Assembly: GCA_003251795.1 (NCBI GenBank)
Contig: QKEI01000051.1
Span: 24,823-88,822, forward strand
Length of the DNA: 64,000 nucleotides
From: Candidatus Muproteobacteria bacterium
Lineage (GTDB): Bacteria > Pseudomonadota > Gammaproteobacteria > Acidiferrobacterales > SPGG2
Reading direction: 5' to 3'
Position numbers and translations under genes: made by a program. Below the pieces are notes generated by a model. That model was not told the DNA's origin, searched no databases, and worked only from the letters and a program-made list of their open reading frames with translations. Shown here piece by piece: positions 10,850 to 20,021 of this stretch. Within the stretch, counting starts at the first letter, position 1. Every line of letters starts with the position of its first letter.

Positions 10850-11893
10850 GTGAGCGAGTCTCGCCGACCACCCCTTAGCTATGCTGACGCCGGTGTCGAT
10901 ATCGATGCTGGCGACGCGCTGGTTGAGGCGATTAAGCCCATCGCCGCCCGTACCACGCGTCCCGGTGCGCTCGGTTCTATCGGCGGGTTTGGCGGCTGCT
11001 TTCAGATCGCTATGGAACGATACAAGGAACCCGTGTTGGTTGCCGGTACCGACGGCGTGGGGACCAAGATAAAGCTCGCTGGTGAGCTTGGCTGCTACGA
11101 CACAATCGGCATCGACCTCGTGGCGATGTGCGCCAATGACATCATCGTGCAAGGCGCCGAGCCCCTGTTCTTCCTCGACTACTACGCCACCGGCAAGCTT
11201 GAGACCGCGGTGGCAACACGCATCATCGAAGGCATCGCCGAAGGTTGCCGCTTGGCTGGAATGGCGCTCATCGGTGGTGAAACCGCCGAGATGCCCGGCG
11301 TGTACGCCGCCGGGGATCATGACCTTGCCGGTTTCGCCGTAGGGATTGTAGAACGTGCCAAGCTGCTAGATGGTTCTGCGGTCGCTGTCGATGATGTGCT
11401 CGTGGGTCTGCCGTCGAGCGGTATTCATGCTAACGGCTACTCTTTGGTCCGCAAGATCGTTCAGGACCAGAAGGTCTCATTGCAGACGCGGTTCGCGGAG
11501 ACCACCCTCGCTGACGTGCTACTTGCGCCTACGCGCATTTACGTAAAGCCCGTACTGGAGGCAATACACGCGCTCGGGGTGCACGCCTTGGCGCACATTA
11601 CGGGTGGTGGTTTAGTCGGCAATCTGCCACGAGTATTGCCTGAAGGTATGTGCGCTTTGATCGATTCAGGCGCCTGGCAACGGCCGGCAATCTTCGACTG
11701 GTTGCAACAACAGGGGAACATAAACGATCGGGAGATGTATCGCACGTTCAATTGTGGCATCGGCATGGTGTTAGTGATCAGCGCCGCCGACGCGGACGCC
11801 GCGCTCGAGCTGCTGCGTAAACAAGGCGAGATGCCCCTTATGATCGGTCATACCGCGAGGCAAAGCCGCAACGAGCGGGTCATCATAAAATGA
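10850..11893 (+). CDS. purM: phosphoribosylformylglycinamidine cyclo-ligase (AIR synthetase)
   Basis: 347 aa. [27 protein letters not shown], and overall PurM length. Followed by purN with a 4-nt overlap. Confidence 0.95.
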   Translation: MSESRRPPLSYADAGVDIDAGDALVEAIKPIAARTTRPGALGSIGGFGGCFQIAMERYKEPVLVAGTDGVGTKIKLAGELGCYDTIGIDLVAMCANDIIVQGAEPLFFLDYYATGKLETAVATRIIEGIAEGCRLAGMALIGGETAEMPGVYAAGDHDLAGFAVGIVERAKLLDGSAVAVDDVLVGLPSSGIHANGYSLVRKIVQDQKVSLQTRFAETTLADVLLAPTRIYVKPVLEAIHALGVHALAHITGGGLVGNLPRVLPEGMCALIDSGAWQRPAIFDWLQQQGNINDREMYRTFNCGIGMVLVISAADADAALELLRKQGEMPLMIGHTARQSRNERVIIK

Positions 11894-12588
11894 GGCGATT
11901 GCTGGATGTGGTGGTGCTGATCTCCGGGCGCGGCAGCAACCTGCAGAGCATCATCGACCAGACCCGGACCGGTGCTTTACCCATTCAAATTCGCGCCGTC
12001 GTCAGCAACCGCGCCGACGCTTACGGCCTCGTGCGTGCGCAGGCCGCGGGCGTGCCGACCCGGGTGCTGGATCACCGGCAGTTTCCCAGTCGTGGCCAGT
12101 TCGATCAGGCGTTGATGGCGCTCATCGACGAATACTCTCCGCAGTTGGTTGTGCTCGCCGGCTTCATGCGCATTCTCGGCAGAGACTTCGTAGAGCATTA
12201 CGCCGGCCGACTGATGAACATTCACCCCTCCCTTCTACCCGCGTTTCCTGGTCTACACACACACGAGCGCGCGCTCGAGAGCGGTGTGGCGCAGCACGGT
12301 GCCAGCGTGCACTTCGTGACCCCGGACCTAGATGGTGGACCGATCATCGTCCAGGCGGAGGTACCGGTGCTGGCAGGCGATACCCCCGACCGCCTGGCAG
12401 AGCGCGTGCTCAAGGAAGAACACCGGATATTCCCGCTCGCCATTCGCTGGTTTGCCGAGGGGCGGCTGCAGGTGCGCGCAGGCCAGGTCTTGTTGGACGG
12501 CGAAGTACGCGCGGAGCAGGGTCTCGTCGCGCGACCTGTGGTTGCAACACCGACTAGTACCCCGGGTGCAGCACAGCAGAGAGAATAA
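11890..12588 (+). CDS. purN: phosphoribosylglycinamide formyltransferase
   Basis: 232 aa. [32 protein letters not shown] and [13 protein letters not shown] motifs, plus a short C-terminal extension. Confidence 0.9.
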   Translation: MRRLLDVVVLISGRGSNLQSIIDQTRTGALPIQIRAVVSNRADAYGLVRAQAAGVPTRVLDHRQFPSRGQFDQALMALIDEYSPQLVVLAGFMRILGRDFVEHYAGRLMNIHPSLLPAFPGLHTHERALESGVAQHGASVHFVTPDLDGGPIIVQAEVPVLAGDTPDRLAERVLKEEHRIFPLAIRWFAEGRLQVRAGQVLLDGEVRAEQGLVARPVVATPTSTPGAAQQRE

Positions 12589-12794
12589 ATGGGCTGCTGT
12601 TTGAGTCCTACCTTACCTACCAACGAGAAAACAACACTATGGCCCATCTCGTTAGCCGGTATATTATTCAGGCCCGGCTGCTGCCGGGTGCGGCCGTGAC
12701 CGAGTCTGGGGTGGCCGACATCTTGCGCCGCCAGCAGCAAGGCTTGAATTACATCCAGATCTAGTAAACCCAACCACTATAAAAGGTGACTCTG

Positions 12795-13256
12795 ATGAAA
12801 AAGAATGTAATGAAGACAGCCGCTCTCATCGCGGTTATCGCGGCATACGCCGTACTCGGGACAACGGTAGCCGGCGAAAAGGCAAGCGGTCAAACGACCG
12901 GGGCTAAGAACCGGGTAGTTATCCAGGTGAGTGACGACAGCCCCAAGGTGCATAAACTCGCGCTGAACAACGCGGAAAACTTGCAGCAGGTCTTGGGTGC
13001 CAAAAACGTCGAAGTCGAGGTTGTGGCCTATGGACCGGGTCTGAGCATCATGACGGACAAAAACCCAGATTCGATGCGCGTGACTCAATTATCGATGATG
13101 GGTGTCACCTTCAGCGCCTGCGGCGTCACCATGAAGAAAATGACGAAGGCAACCGGTAAGGAACCAAAACTCATCGATGGCGTGCGCGTGGTTCCAGGTG
13201 GCGTCGTCAGGATCATGGAGCTTCAGCAACAGGGGTGGACCTACATACGGCCATAG
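12795..13256 (+). CDS. secreted DsrE/DsrF-like (COG1416-type) protein
   Basis: Frame of ORF 12786..13256. The ATG at 12795 gives a signal peptide MKKNVMKTAALIAVIAAYAVLG. Core RVVIQVSDDSP...VEVVAYGPGL...FSACGVTM matches my memory of the DsrE-like fold family. Confidence 0.6.
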   Translation: MKKNVMKTAALIAVIAAYAVLGTTVAGEKASGQTTGAKNRVVIQVSDDSPKVHKLALNNAENLQQVLGAKNVEVEVVAYGPGLSIMTDKNPDSMRVTQLSMMGVTFSACGVTMKKMTKATGKEPKLIDGVRVVPGGVVRIMELQQQGWTYIRP

Positions 13257-13362
13257 CATGGCAATTATGAGCCGCGCTGCGGCACGGTGGTTGCGCGTCG
13301 TCGCTGCTGAGCACCCAATACCACGTGCATAGCGGATGCAACACAACTATGGGGAGGAGTTT

Positions 13363-14346
13363 ATGAAGATAACCAGATTCGCCATCACCGTAATTATCGT
13401 CCCAGCGATCCTCATGCTGTCTGTGATCTTTACGGCTAGCCCTGCGGAGAAAAAGGATGCGGCCAAGCTCGGCCACGACTATCGCACCTTTCATACGGAC
13501 GGCAAGATCGAGTACGGCAAGATCGGCGATTCGTACACAGCCGAACTGGTCATGTATCTCGCCGGCAACCAGTTCATGGTAATGGAAGAACTGATCAAGG
13601 ACTTTCAGAAAAAGCACCCTGGCATCAAGACCGTGTATGTCGAGACGATCCCCCCTGGACAGATCTTGAAGGGCCAGATTCTCAAACAAGGCATGATAAA
13701 CAATCAGAAGACCGCCCAGAATCCTGACGTGTTCGCCAGTGTCAGCTACGGCCACATGAAGACGCTCAAGTCGAAGGGATTGACTGACGAGGCCATGATT
13801 TACATTCGTAACAAGCTGGAGTTGATGGTGGCACCAGGCAATCCCAAGAACATCAAAGGGCCGGAAGACCTCGGCCGCGACGATCTGATGCAGTCGCACC
13901 CTAACCCGATTACCGAGGGCATCTTCAAATTTTACGGCTCGCAAATGCTAAAGGACCTAGGGCTTTACGAAAAGGTAACTGGCAACAAGATGTGTAAGAG
14001 CTGCTGGGCCGTCGAAGGGAAGACGTGGTTTACCTCGCGTCACCATCGCGAGACCCCGCTTCGTATTGAGGAGGGGCAGGCTGATGTGGGCATCGTATGG
14101 ACGACCGAGGTAGTCCATGCCAAAGCAGAGGGCAGGAAGGTCGATGGCGTACCGATCAAAGCTCCTCTCAACATGTCGCACAAGGTTAATTACGCGATCG
14201 GCGTCCTGAAGACTGGCCGCAACCAGAAGAATGCACGCATTTTTCTGGACTATCTCGCCACTGACGCCGCCCAGGAGATCTATGCCAAACACGGCTTTGT
14301 GAAGGCCAACCGCGACGAGCTGAAGCTCAAGCCGATTACAGGCTAG
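13363..14346 (+). CDS. periplasmic substrate-binding protein (ModA/sulfate-binding-like fold, tentative)
   Basis: Frame of ORF 13336..14346. The ATG at 13363 is preceded by GGGGAGGAG. Has an N-terminal anchor ITRFAITVIIVPAILMLSVIF. Alternating pattern with VGIVWTTEV and NYAIGVL segments resembles type II binding proteins. No transporter genes adjacent. Confidence 0.55.
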   Translation: MKITRFAITVIIVPAILMLSVIFTASPAEKKDAAKLGHDYRTFHTDGKIEYGKIGDSYTAELVMYLAGNQFMVMEELIKDFQKKHPGIKTVYVETIPPGQILKGQILKQGMINNQKTAQNPDVFASVSYGHMKTLKSKGLTDEAMIYIRNKLELMVAPGNPKNIKGPEDLGRDDLMQSHPNPITEGIFKFYGSQMLKDLGLYEKVTGNKMCKSCWAVEGKTWFTSRHHRETPLRIEEGQADVGIVWTTEVVHAKAEGRKVDGVPIKAPLNMSHKVNYAIGVLKTGRNQKNARIFLDYLATDAAQEIYAKHGFVKANRDELKLKPITG

Positions 14347-14441
14347 GTAGATCGACGCGCGCGACTCTCGGGACAATCAAGAACGACGTCTCAACGTTTG
14401 ATGCCCCGACAGGATAATTGCGGCCCCCTGTGGGACTGCCG

Positions 14442-14972
14442 TCAGTGTTGTGCCGGGATCGGGCATTTTCCAGTCTGTCGGTACACAAGGTAGTCCCGCA
14501 ATATAGAGTCATGATCGAAGGCAAGCTCGCTCGGCAGCTGCATAGGGTCAAAAATGCCAACTGCCGCTGCGTCGTCACAGGCTTCAGGGCGACCGTGCGC
14601 TTCCGCCACATAGACGACAGAGACCGTGTGACCACGGGCGTCGCGGCGCGGGTCGGAATAGCAACCTAGTAGCGTCGTCAGTGTCACATCGAGCCCAGTT
14701 TCTTCCCACGCCTCGCGGATAGCCGCTGCTTCGACGCGCTCACCTACATCCACAAAACCCCCAGGCAGCGCCCAGCCGTGTGGTGGATTCTTTCGCCGGA
14801 TCAACGCGATCGGCCGGCCTGGACGATCCAGCAGCTCGATAACGATATCCACCGCCAACAGTGGAGTTGTAGGCCTGGGCAATGTTTTGATCAGACGCGC
14901 GTAACGGCTGCAAACTTGACGCTGCCGCGCAAACCGGGTTACGGTGCACGAAACTCGCGCTGCCCTCGGCAC
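14442..14972 (-). CDS. NUDIX hydrolase
   Basis: 176 aa with a complete Nudix box GGFVDVGERVEAAAIREAWEETGL. Confidence 0.8.
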   Translation of the reverse strand: MPRAARVSCTVTRFARQRQVCSRYARLIKTLPRPTTPLLAVDIVIELLDRPGRPIALIRRKNPPHGWALPGGFVDVGERVEAAAIREAWEETGLDVTLTTLLGCYSDPRRDARGHTVSVVYVAEAHGRPEACDDAAAVGIFDPMQLPSELAFDHDSILRDYLVYRQTGKCPIPAQH

Positions 14973-15073
14973 ATGTTAGCGGGTCGCGCGACGACGAAAA
15001 TGCGATGGCGGCAATATGGTTCTTTGTCGGCTGCCGTTGCTATACTGCCGCTGGAGGGGGGTTTCAATACGTC

Positions 15074-16267
15074 ATGCTCGAAGGGCTGATCGACCTGCCG
15101 TGGTGGGGTTATTTGCTGATCGCGCTAGGCCTCACACACATCACCATCGTTTCGGTCACGATCTATCTGCATCGTAACCAGGCCCACAAGGCCCTCGAGT
15201 TGCGACCCGCAGTCAGCCATTTCTTCCGCTTCTGGTTGTGGCTCACCACCGGCACGATCACTAGAGAATGGGTCGCCGTGCACCGCAAACATCACGCTAA
15301 CGTCGAAGGCCCGGACGATCCTCACAGCCCGCAGCAAGTAGGTATCAAGCGTGTCCTCTGGGGTGGCGTGCTGCTTTATCGCAGAGCCGCGCGCAATGGG
15401 GCAACGCTTAAGAAGTATGGTTACGGCGCGCCGAATGACTGGCTCGAGCGAAACATCTACACGCCCATGGACTATCTTGGCATTTGCATCATGCTTGCCA
15501 TTGATGTGGTTCTTTTCGGCGCCGCTGCTGGCACGATCATCTGGGTTATCCAAATGGTGTGGATCCCGTTCTGGGCAGCGGGCGTAATCAACGGTATCGG
15601 CCATTGGTGGGGTTACCGCAACTACGAGCTCCCCGATGCGAGCCGTAATATCGTTCCCTGGGCGGTGTTCATTGGCGGCGAGGAGCTACACAACAACCAC
15701 CACACTTATCCGAGCTCTGCAAAATTTTCGTCCAAGTGGTGGGAGCTCGACATTGGCTGGGTATACGTGCGCCTGCTGCAGGCACTTGGCCTCGCCAACG
15801 TCAGAAAGGTTCCCCCCAAACCGGCGTTTAATCCTGCCAAAAAAGCCTGCGATGTCGAGACGGTGCGCGCCGTGGTGGCGAATCGCTTTCAGGTAATGGC
15901 GGGTTTTGCGCGCGACGTATTGCAACGCGTGTGTCGTGAGGAACTGAGAAAAACCAGTCCGGATGACCGTGAAACCTGGGTGCTGCTGAAACGCGCGAAA
16001 CGTCTGATGGTACGCGAGGCGACGCTGCTCGATGATAGCAGCCGCCGGTGGTTGAGTTCAGCGCTGCAGCGTTATCACTCGTTGCAGACTGTATATACGA
16101 TGAAGCAGCGCTTGCAGGAGATCTGGCAACGTTCCGCGGCTACCCAAGAGTTGCTGCAACATGCGCTAGAAGACTGGTGCCGTCAGGCCGAGGCAACGGG
16201 TATCCAGGCACTGCGAGACTTCTCGCGCAAACTCAAGACCTACGCCCTCAAGCCGGCCAGTGCTTGA
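15074..16267 (+). CDS. membrane acyl-lipid/acyl-CoA desaturase (DesA-like delta-9 type) with a long C-terminal tail
   Basis: Frame of ORF 15005..16267, trimmed to the ATG at 15074 (MLEGLIDLPWWGY). Has the three His boxes HRNQAH, HRKHH and HNNHH. Confidence 0.85.
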   Translation: MLEGLIDLPWWGYLLIALGLTHITIVSVTIYLHRNQAHKALELRPAVSHFFRFWLWLTTGTITREWVAVHRKHHANVEGPDDPHSPQQVGIKRVLWGGVLLYRRAARNGATLKKYGYGAPNDWLERNIYTPMDYLGICIMLAIDVVLFGAAAGTIIWVIQMVWIPFWAAGVINGIGHWWGYRNYELPDASRNIVPWAVFIGGEELHNNHHTYPSSAKFSSKWWELDIGWVYVRLLQALGLANVRKVPPKPAFNPAKKACDVETVRAVVANRFQVMAGFARDVLQRVCREELRKTSPDDRETWVLLKRAKRLMVREATLLDDSSRRWLSSALQRYHSLQTVYTMKQRLQEIWQRSAATQELLQHALEDWCRQAEATGIQALRDFSRKLKTYALKPASA

Positions 16268-16284
16268 GCTGATTCGGGATACAT

Positions 16285-16314
16285 AAAAAAACCCGCCGTG
16301 TGGCGGGTTTTTTT
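16285..16314. terminator. bidirectional rho-independent terminator
   Basis: AAAAAAA-CCCGCC-GTGT-GGCGGG-TTTTTTT lies between the convergent desaturase and HNH genes. A-run and T-run flank a perfect 6-bp GC stem. Confidence 0.8.
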
Positions 16315-16918
16315 ATGCTGCCATGGTTTTCGCCAACCGCTGGTGTAGTGGGCTCGTGCGCGGAAAATGTGCCAGCAGAAACTCCATCTGATCGGCTAGC
16401 ACGCGCTTGCCTTGGAGAAAAACGTACTCGGCGTGGGTCGGTACGAACGGCACCGCCAGTAGCTCAAGGCCAGCTTGTTCAGGCGTTTGCCCAGCTTTAT
16501 GGTTGTTGCAACGGCGGCATGCACTCACAACGTTGTTCCAAGTATCCGTGCCGCCCATGCTAAGCGGCTTGATATGATCACGCGATAGCTCCCCCGCGGG
16601 GAAACGTCCGCCACAATACATGCACAGATGCGCATCACGCGCGAATAGCGCCGAATTGCTCAGAGGCGGCACGTAATGCTCACGCGCCTTCAGTAACGCG
16701 TGGGTGTCGCCAAGCGTGGCGACAATGCTGTTGACTTCGACTACGCTGCGCTTGCCGGAGATCGCATTGTAACCACCGCGCACAGTGTAAAGTAGTACAC
16801 CGCACGTGTAGGCAACCTGTCCCAGATGATACGCACGAACAGCCTCTTTGAAGCCGATCCACTCAAGCGGCATGCCGGTAATATCAGTCCGTAAAACCTG
16901 CTGACTTAACGAGTACAC
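16313..16918 (-). CDS. HNH endonuclease family protein
   Basis: 201 aa with HNH/zinc-finger core CMYCGGRFPAGELSRDHIKPLSMGGTDTWNNVVSACRRCNNHK. Confidence 0.8.
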   Translation of the reverse strand: MYSLSQQVLRTDITGMPLEWIGFKEAVRAYHLGQVAYTCGVLLYTVRGGYNAISGKRSVVEVNSIVATLGDTHALLKAREHYVPPLSNSALFARDAHLCMYCGGRFPAGELSRDHIKPLSMGGTDTWNNVVSACRRCNNHKAGQTPEQAGLELLAVPFVPTHAEYVFLQGKRVLADQMEFLLAHFPRTSPLHQRLAKTMAA

Positions 16919-17095
16919 AACGCTAGTTCCGATAGAACAATTAGGCCAAAATCAGCATCTTTATGCCAGAAAATCAAACGCTTGTACATAGGCGTGCGGA
17001 TAGGCGCCCGAAGTGGCGGCGTGTTTTGGAAGTGCAAACGAGGATCGGGACGCGCAGCGAATCCAATGGCCGGTTTGGCACCAGCTTGGTACGCG

Positions 17096-17257
17096 TTACT
17101 TGATCTTGCCTTCTTTGTAGATAACGTGCTTGCGAGCGACCGGATCAAACTTCTTGACCTCGAGTTTGTCCTGGCTGGTGCGTTTGTTCTTGGTCGTCGT
17201 GTAAAAATGTCCCGTCCCGGCACTGGAAACGAGTCTAATTTTTTCGCGTACGGCCAT
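17096..17257 (-). CDS. rpmG: 50S ribosomal protein L33
   Basis: Not in the ORF track (53 aa). My translation of the minus strand is [53 protein letters not shown]. Lies 34 nt downstream of rpmB, as in the rpmBG operon. Confidence 0.9.
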   Translation of the reverse strand: MAVREKIRLVSSAGTGHFYTTTKNKRTSQDKLEVKKFDPVARKHVIYKEGKIK

Positions 17258-17291
17258 CTGGCTGCTACCTTTGTATCAGTCTGTGTTTGCT

Positions 17292-17528
17292 CTATATCTT
17301 CATGCCACGCGAACGCAGCTCCGCGAGCACAGCGTCAATACCTTTCTTGTCGATGATGCGCAGCCCTTTACGCGACAGGCGCAGGCGTACCCAACGCTTT
17401 TCGCTATCGACCCAGAGGCGTCGGTCATGAAGATTGGGCAGAAAACGGCGCTTGGTCTTGTTGTTGGCGTGCGACACGTTGTGACCACTCATGACACGCT
17501 TACCGGTAACCTGGCAGACTTTAGCCAC
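17292..17528 (-). CDS. rpmB: 50S ribosomal protein L28
   Basis: Frame of ORF 17292..17555. GTG at 17528 gives (M)[32 protein letters not shown], the canonical L28 N-terminus. GGGAG lies upstream. Confidence 0.9.
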   Translation of the reverse strand: MAKVCQVTGKRVMSGHNVSHANNKTKRRFLPNLHDRRLWVDSEKRWVRLRLSRKGLRIIDKKGIDAVLAELRSRGMKI

Positions 17529-17615
17529 TACACTGCTCCCACAATATTTCCGCAATACGCCGGGCGGTTTATACCAGAATCAGCTACCGAAAGGTAGTGC
17601 TGTGCAAACCGGCAT

Positions 17616-18290
17616 TCATAGCAAGCCGCGCTCGCTAAAGGAGACGCTATTACGATCACCGATGACGATATGGTCCAGCACGCGCACGTCGACCAGGGCC
17701 AAAGCCTCTTGCAGACGCGTGGTTAACACCTGGTCAGCCTGGCTCGGCTCGGCCATGCCGGAGGGGTGATTATGGGCGAATATGACAGCGGCGGCGTTAT
17801 GAAAGAGCGCACGCTTGACTACTTCGCGGGCGTACACTGCTGTGCCATTGATAGTGCCCTGAAACAGCTCTTCAAAAGCAATCACGCGATGGCGATTGTC
17901 GAGATAAAGGCTGCAGAATACCTCCTGCTCACGGTCCCCCAGCCGGGCATACAGGTACTGCTCCGTATCGCGCGGCGAGGACAGCGCCGCACCCTTCTCT
18001 AGGCTCTGCCCCAGGTGTCGCCGGCTGATCTCCATCGCAGCCTGTAACTGGGCGTACTTGGCCATACCAAGACCGGGAGTAGCGCAAAAGGCGTCTTGCG
18101 ACGCCCCCAGCAGCGGCCGCAGACCCCCGAAACGAGCCAGTAACTCGCGGGCAACGTCGACCGCGGTCTTGCCGGCCACCCCCGTACGCAGAAAGATCGC
18201 CAACAGCTCCGCGTCAGAAAGGGCCGACGCGCCGCGTAACAACAGCTTCTCGCGCGGCCGCTCATCAGCCGGCCAGTCAGTGATCGCCAT
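17616..18290 (-). CDS. radC: RadC-family JAB/MPN domain protein
   Basis: Frame of ORF 17616..18368. The ATG at 18290 ([17 protein letters not shown]) has GAGGGG 9 nt upstream. [10 protein letters not shown] and HNHPSG motifs. Divergent from coaBC, as in E. coli and Pseudomonas. Confidence 0.85.
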   Translation of the reverse strand: MAITDWPADERPREKLLLRGASALSDAELLAIFLRTGVAGKTAVDVARELLARFGGLRPLLGASQDAFCATPGLGMAKYAQLQAAMEISRRHLGQSLEKGAALSSPRDTEQYLYARLGDREQEVFCSLYLDNRHRVIAFEELFQGTINGTAVYAREVVKRALFHNAAAVIFAHNHPSGMAEPSQADQVLTTRLQEALALVDVRVLDHIVIGDRNSVSFSERGLL

Positions 18291-18350
18291 TGCACCCATC
18301 CCCTCGGTAACGTTTGTATAGCCTGGCGAACGCCAAGTAAACTGTAACAT

Positions 18351-19583
18351 ATGGCTACACTCGTACATAAGCGCATCGTTCTAGGCGTTACCGGTGGTAT
18401 CGCGGCTTACAAAAGCGCCGATCTTGTGCGGCGCCTGCGGGATGCGGGTGCCGACGTGCGGGTAGTAATGACGCAAGCGGCCACCGAGTTCATTACACCA
18501 CTAACGATGCAGGCCGTTAGCGGTCATCCTGTGCACCTTCATATGCTCGACGCCGAAGCCGAATCCGGGATGGGCCATATTGAGTTGGCACGCTGGGCGG
18601 ATGTGGTTCTAGTAGCGCCGGCCAGCGCCAACTTCATTGCTAAGCTGGCGCATGGGCGCGCCGATGATTTGTTGAGCACCCTTTGTCTCGCCACCGAGGC
18701 GCGTATGGCCGTAGCGCCGGCGATGAATCAACAGATGTGGCAGAACGCGGCTACCCAGGCGAATCTCATCGCCGTGCACAAGAACAGCGTTGCGGTATTT
18801 GGGCCCGCCAGCGGTTCCCAGGCGTGCGGTGAGGTCGGTCCCGGGCGCATGCTCGAGCCGACAGAGCTTGTCGAGCTGACCACCGGGCTTTTCACCAGCG
18901 GCTCACTCGAGGGCCTGCGCGTGGTAGTAACAGCAGGCCCGACTTGGGAGGCCATCGATCCGGTGCGCGGCATTACCAACCGCAGCTCCGGCCGTATGGG
19001 TTACGCCGTCGCTGAAGCCGCCGCCGAGGCCGGCGCCAACGTCGTGCTAGTTTCTGGACCCACGATGCTGACGGACCCTGAACGTATGACGATTGTGCGC
19101 GTCAGCAGCGGTCGGGAGATGTACGCCGCGGTGCATGAGCATATCAGTGGTTGCGACATCTTCGTCGGCGTCGCCGCCGTATGCGACTATCGTCCGAAGA
19201 AGGCGGCCGCACAGAAGCTCAAGAAGCACGCTGATACGATGACAATCGAGCTGGTCAAGAACGAGGACATTCTTGCCAGCATTGCCGCGCTAGCCGAAGC
19301 CCCCTTTACTGTCGGCTTCGCGGCCGAAACCGAGAATGTCGAAGGGTACGCGCGAACAAAACTAAAGGAAAAGGCTGTCGATCTGATCGCAGCGAATGAT
19401 GTAAGCGCACAAGGAAGCGGATTCGAGTCAGATTACAACCGATTGTTGCTGGTCGATAAGCATGGTGTTATCGAGCTGCCGCGGCAACATAAGACGCAGC
19501 TTGCACGGACATTGATCGAGTGTATCGCGCAAAAATATCATGCCAAGGGTGCAGCTCAAGATTCTCGATACGCGCATCGGTAA
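18351..19583 (+). CDS. coaBC: bifunctional phosphopantothenoylcysteine decarboxylase / phosphopantothenate--cysteine ligase
   Basis: 410 aa. N-terminal flavoprotein [24 protein letters not shown], and a C-terminal CoaB half [10 protein letters not shown]. Confidence 0.95.
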   Translation: MATLVHKRIVLGVTGGIAAYKSADLVRRLRDAGADVRVVMTQAATEFITPLTMQAVSGHPVHLHMLDAEAESGMGHIELARWADVVLVAPASANFIAKLAHGRADDLLSTLCLATEARMAVAPAMNQQMWQNAATQANLIAVHKNSVAVFGPASGSQACGEVGPGRMLEPTELVELTTGLFTSGSLEGLRVVVTAGPTWEAIDPVRGITNRSSGRMGYAVAEAAAEAGANVVLVSGPTMLTDPERMTIVRVSSGREMYAAVHEHISGCDIFVGVAAVCDYRPKKAAAQKLKKHADTMTIELVKNEDILASIAALAEAPFTVGFAAETENVEGYARTKLKEKAVDLIAANDVSAQGSGFESDYNRLLLVDKHGVIELPRQHKTQLARTLIECIAQKYHAKGAAQDSRYAHR

Positions 19584-19995
19584 CGAGTTTCCGCTGCCGC
19601 GCTATGCGACCGACGGCTCGGCTGGCCTCGACCTTATCGCTTGCCTGGATGAACATCTAGGCGTAGAACCAGGCGAGACGCACTTGGTGCCTACTGGGAT
19701 CGCCATTCACATGCGCGACCCGCAGCTTGCTGCAGTGTTGCTACCGCGCTCGGGCTTGGGGCACAAACACGGAATCGTGCTTGGTAATCTCGTCGGGCTG
19801 ATCGATTCTGACTATCAGGGACAAGTGCTGGTGTCCTGCTGGAACCGCGGCAAAGCACGTTTTGTCATCGAGCCCGGAGATCGCATCGCGCAGATGGTAT
19901 TCTTGCCGGTAGCGCGCGCTGAGTTTGAGATCGTCGAGCAGTTTGACGAAAGCGGTCGCGGCGCCGGCGGCTTCGGACACAGCGGCCGCAAGTAG
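19540..19995 (+). CDS. dut: dUTP diphosphatase
   Basis: 151 aa. [36 protein letters not shown] and the [11 protein letters not shown] tail. The start overlaps the coaBC end by 44 nt. Confidence 0.95.
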   Translation: MPRVQLKILDTRIGNEFPLPRYATDGSAGLDLIACLDEHLGVEPGETHLVPTGIAIHMRDPQLAAVLLPRSGLGHKHGIVLGNLVGLIDSDYQGQVLVSCWNRGKARFVIEPGDRIAQMVFLPVARAEFEIVEQFDESGRGAGGFGHSGRK

Positions 19996-20021
19996 TGGTT
20001 GTCCACAAGGGAAACTGATCG

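Noticed and set aside
12222-12773. 183-aa ORF antisense to purN.
   Set aside because: Antisense shadow of purN with no domain-like sequence.
13213-13944. 243-aa ORF antisense to the binding-protein gene.
   Set aside because: Antisense shadow. The plus-strand frame has a signal anchor, a Shine-Dalgarno sequence and a protein-like composition.
19540-19583. The 44-nt coaBC/dut overlap as a possible frameshift or fusion artefact.
   Set aside because: Both proteins have complete, normal termini: dut starts at the position equivalent to the E. coli Dut start, and coaBC merely has a short tail. The overlap is unusual but needs no special mechanism.
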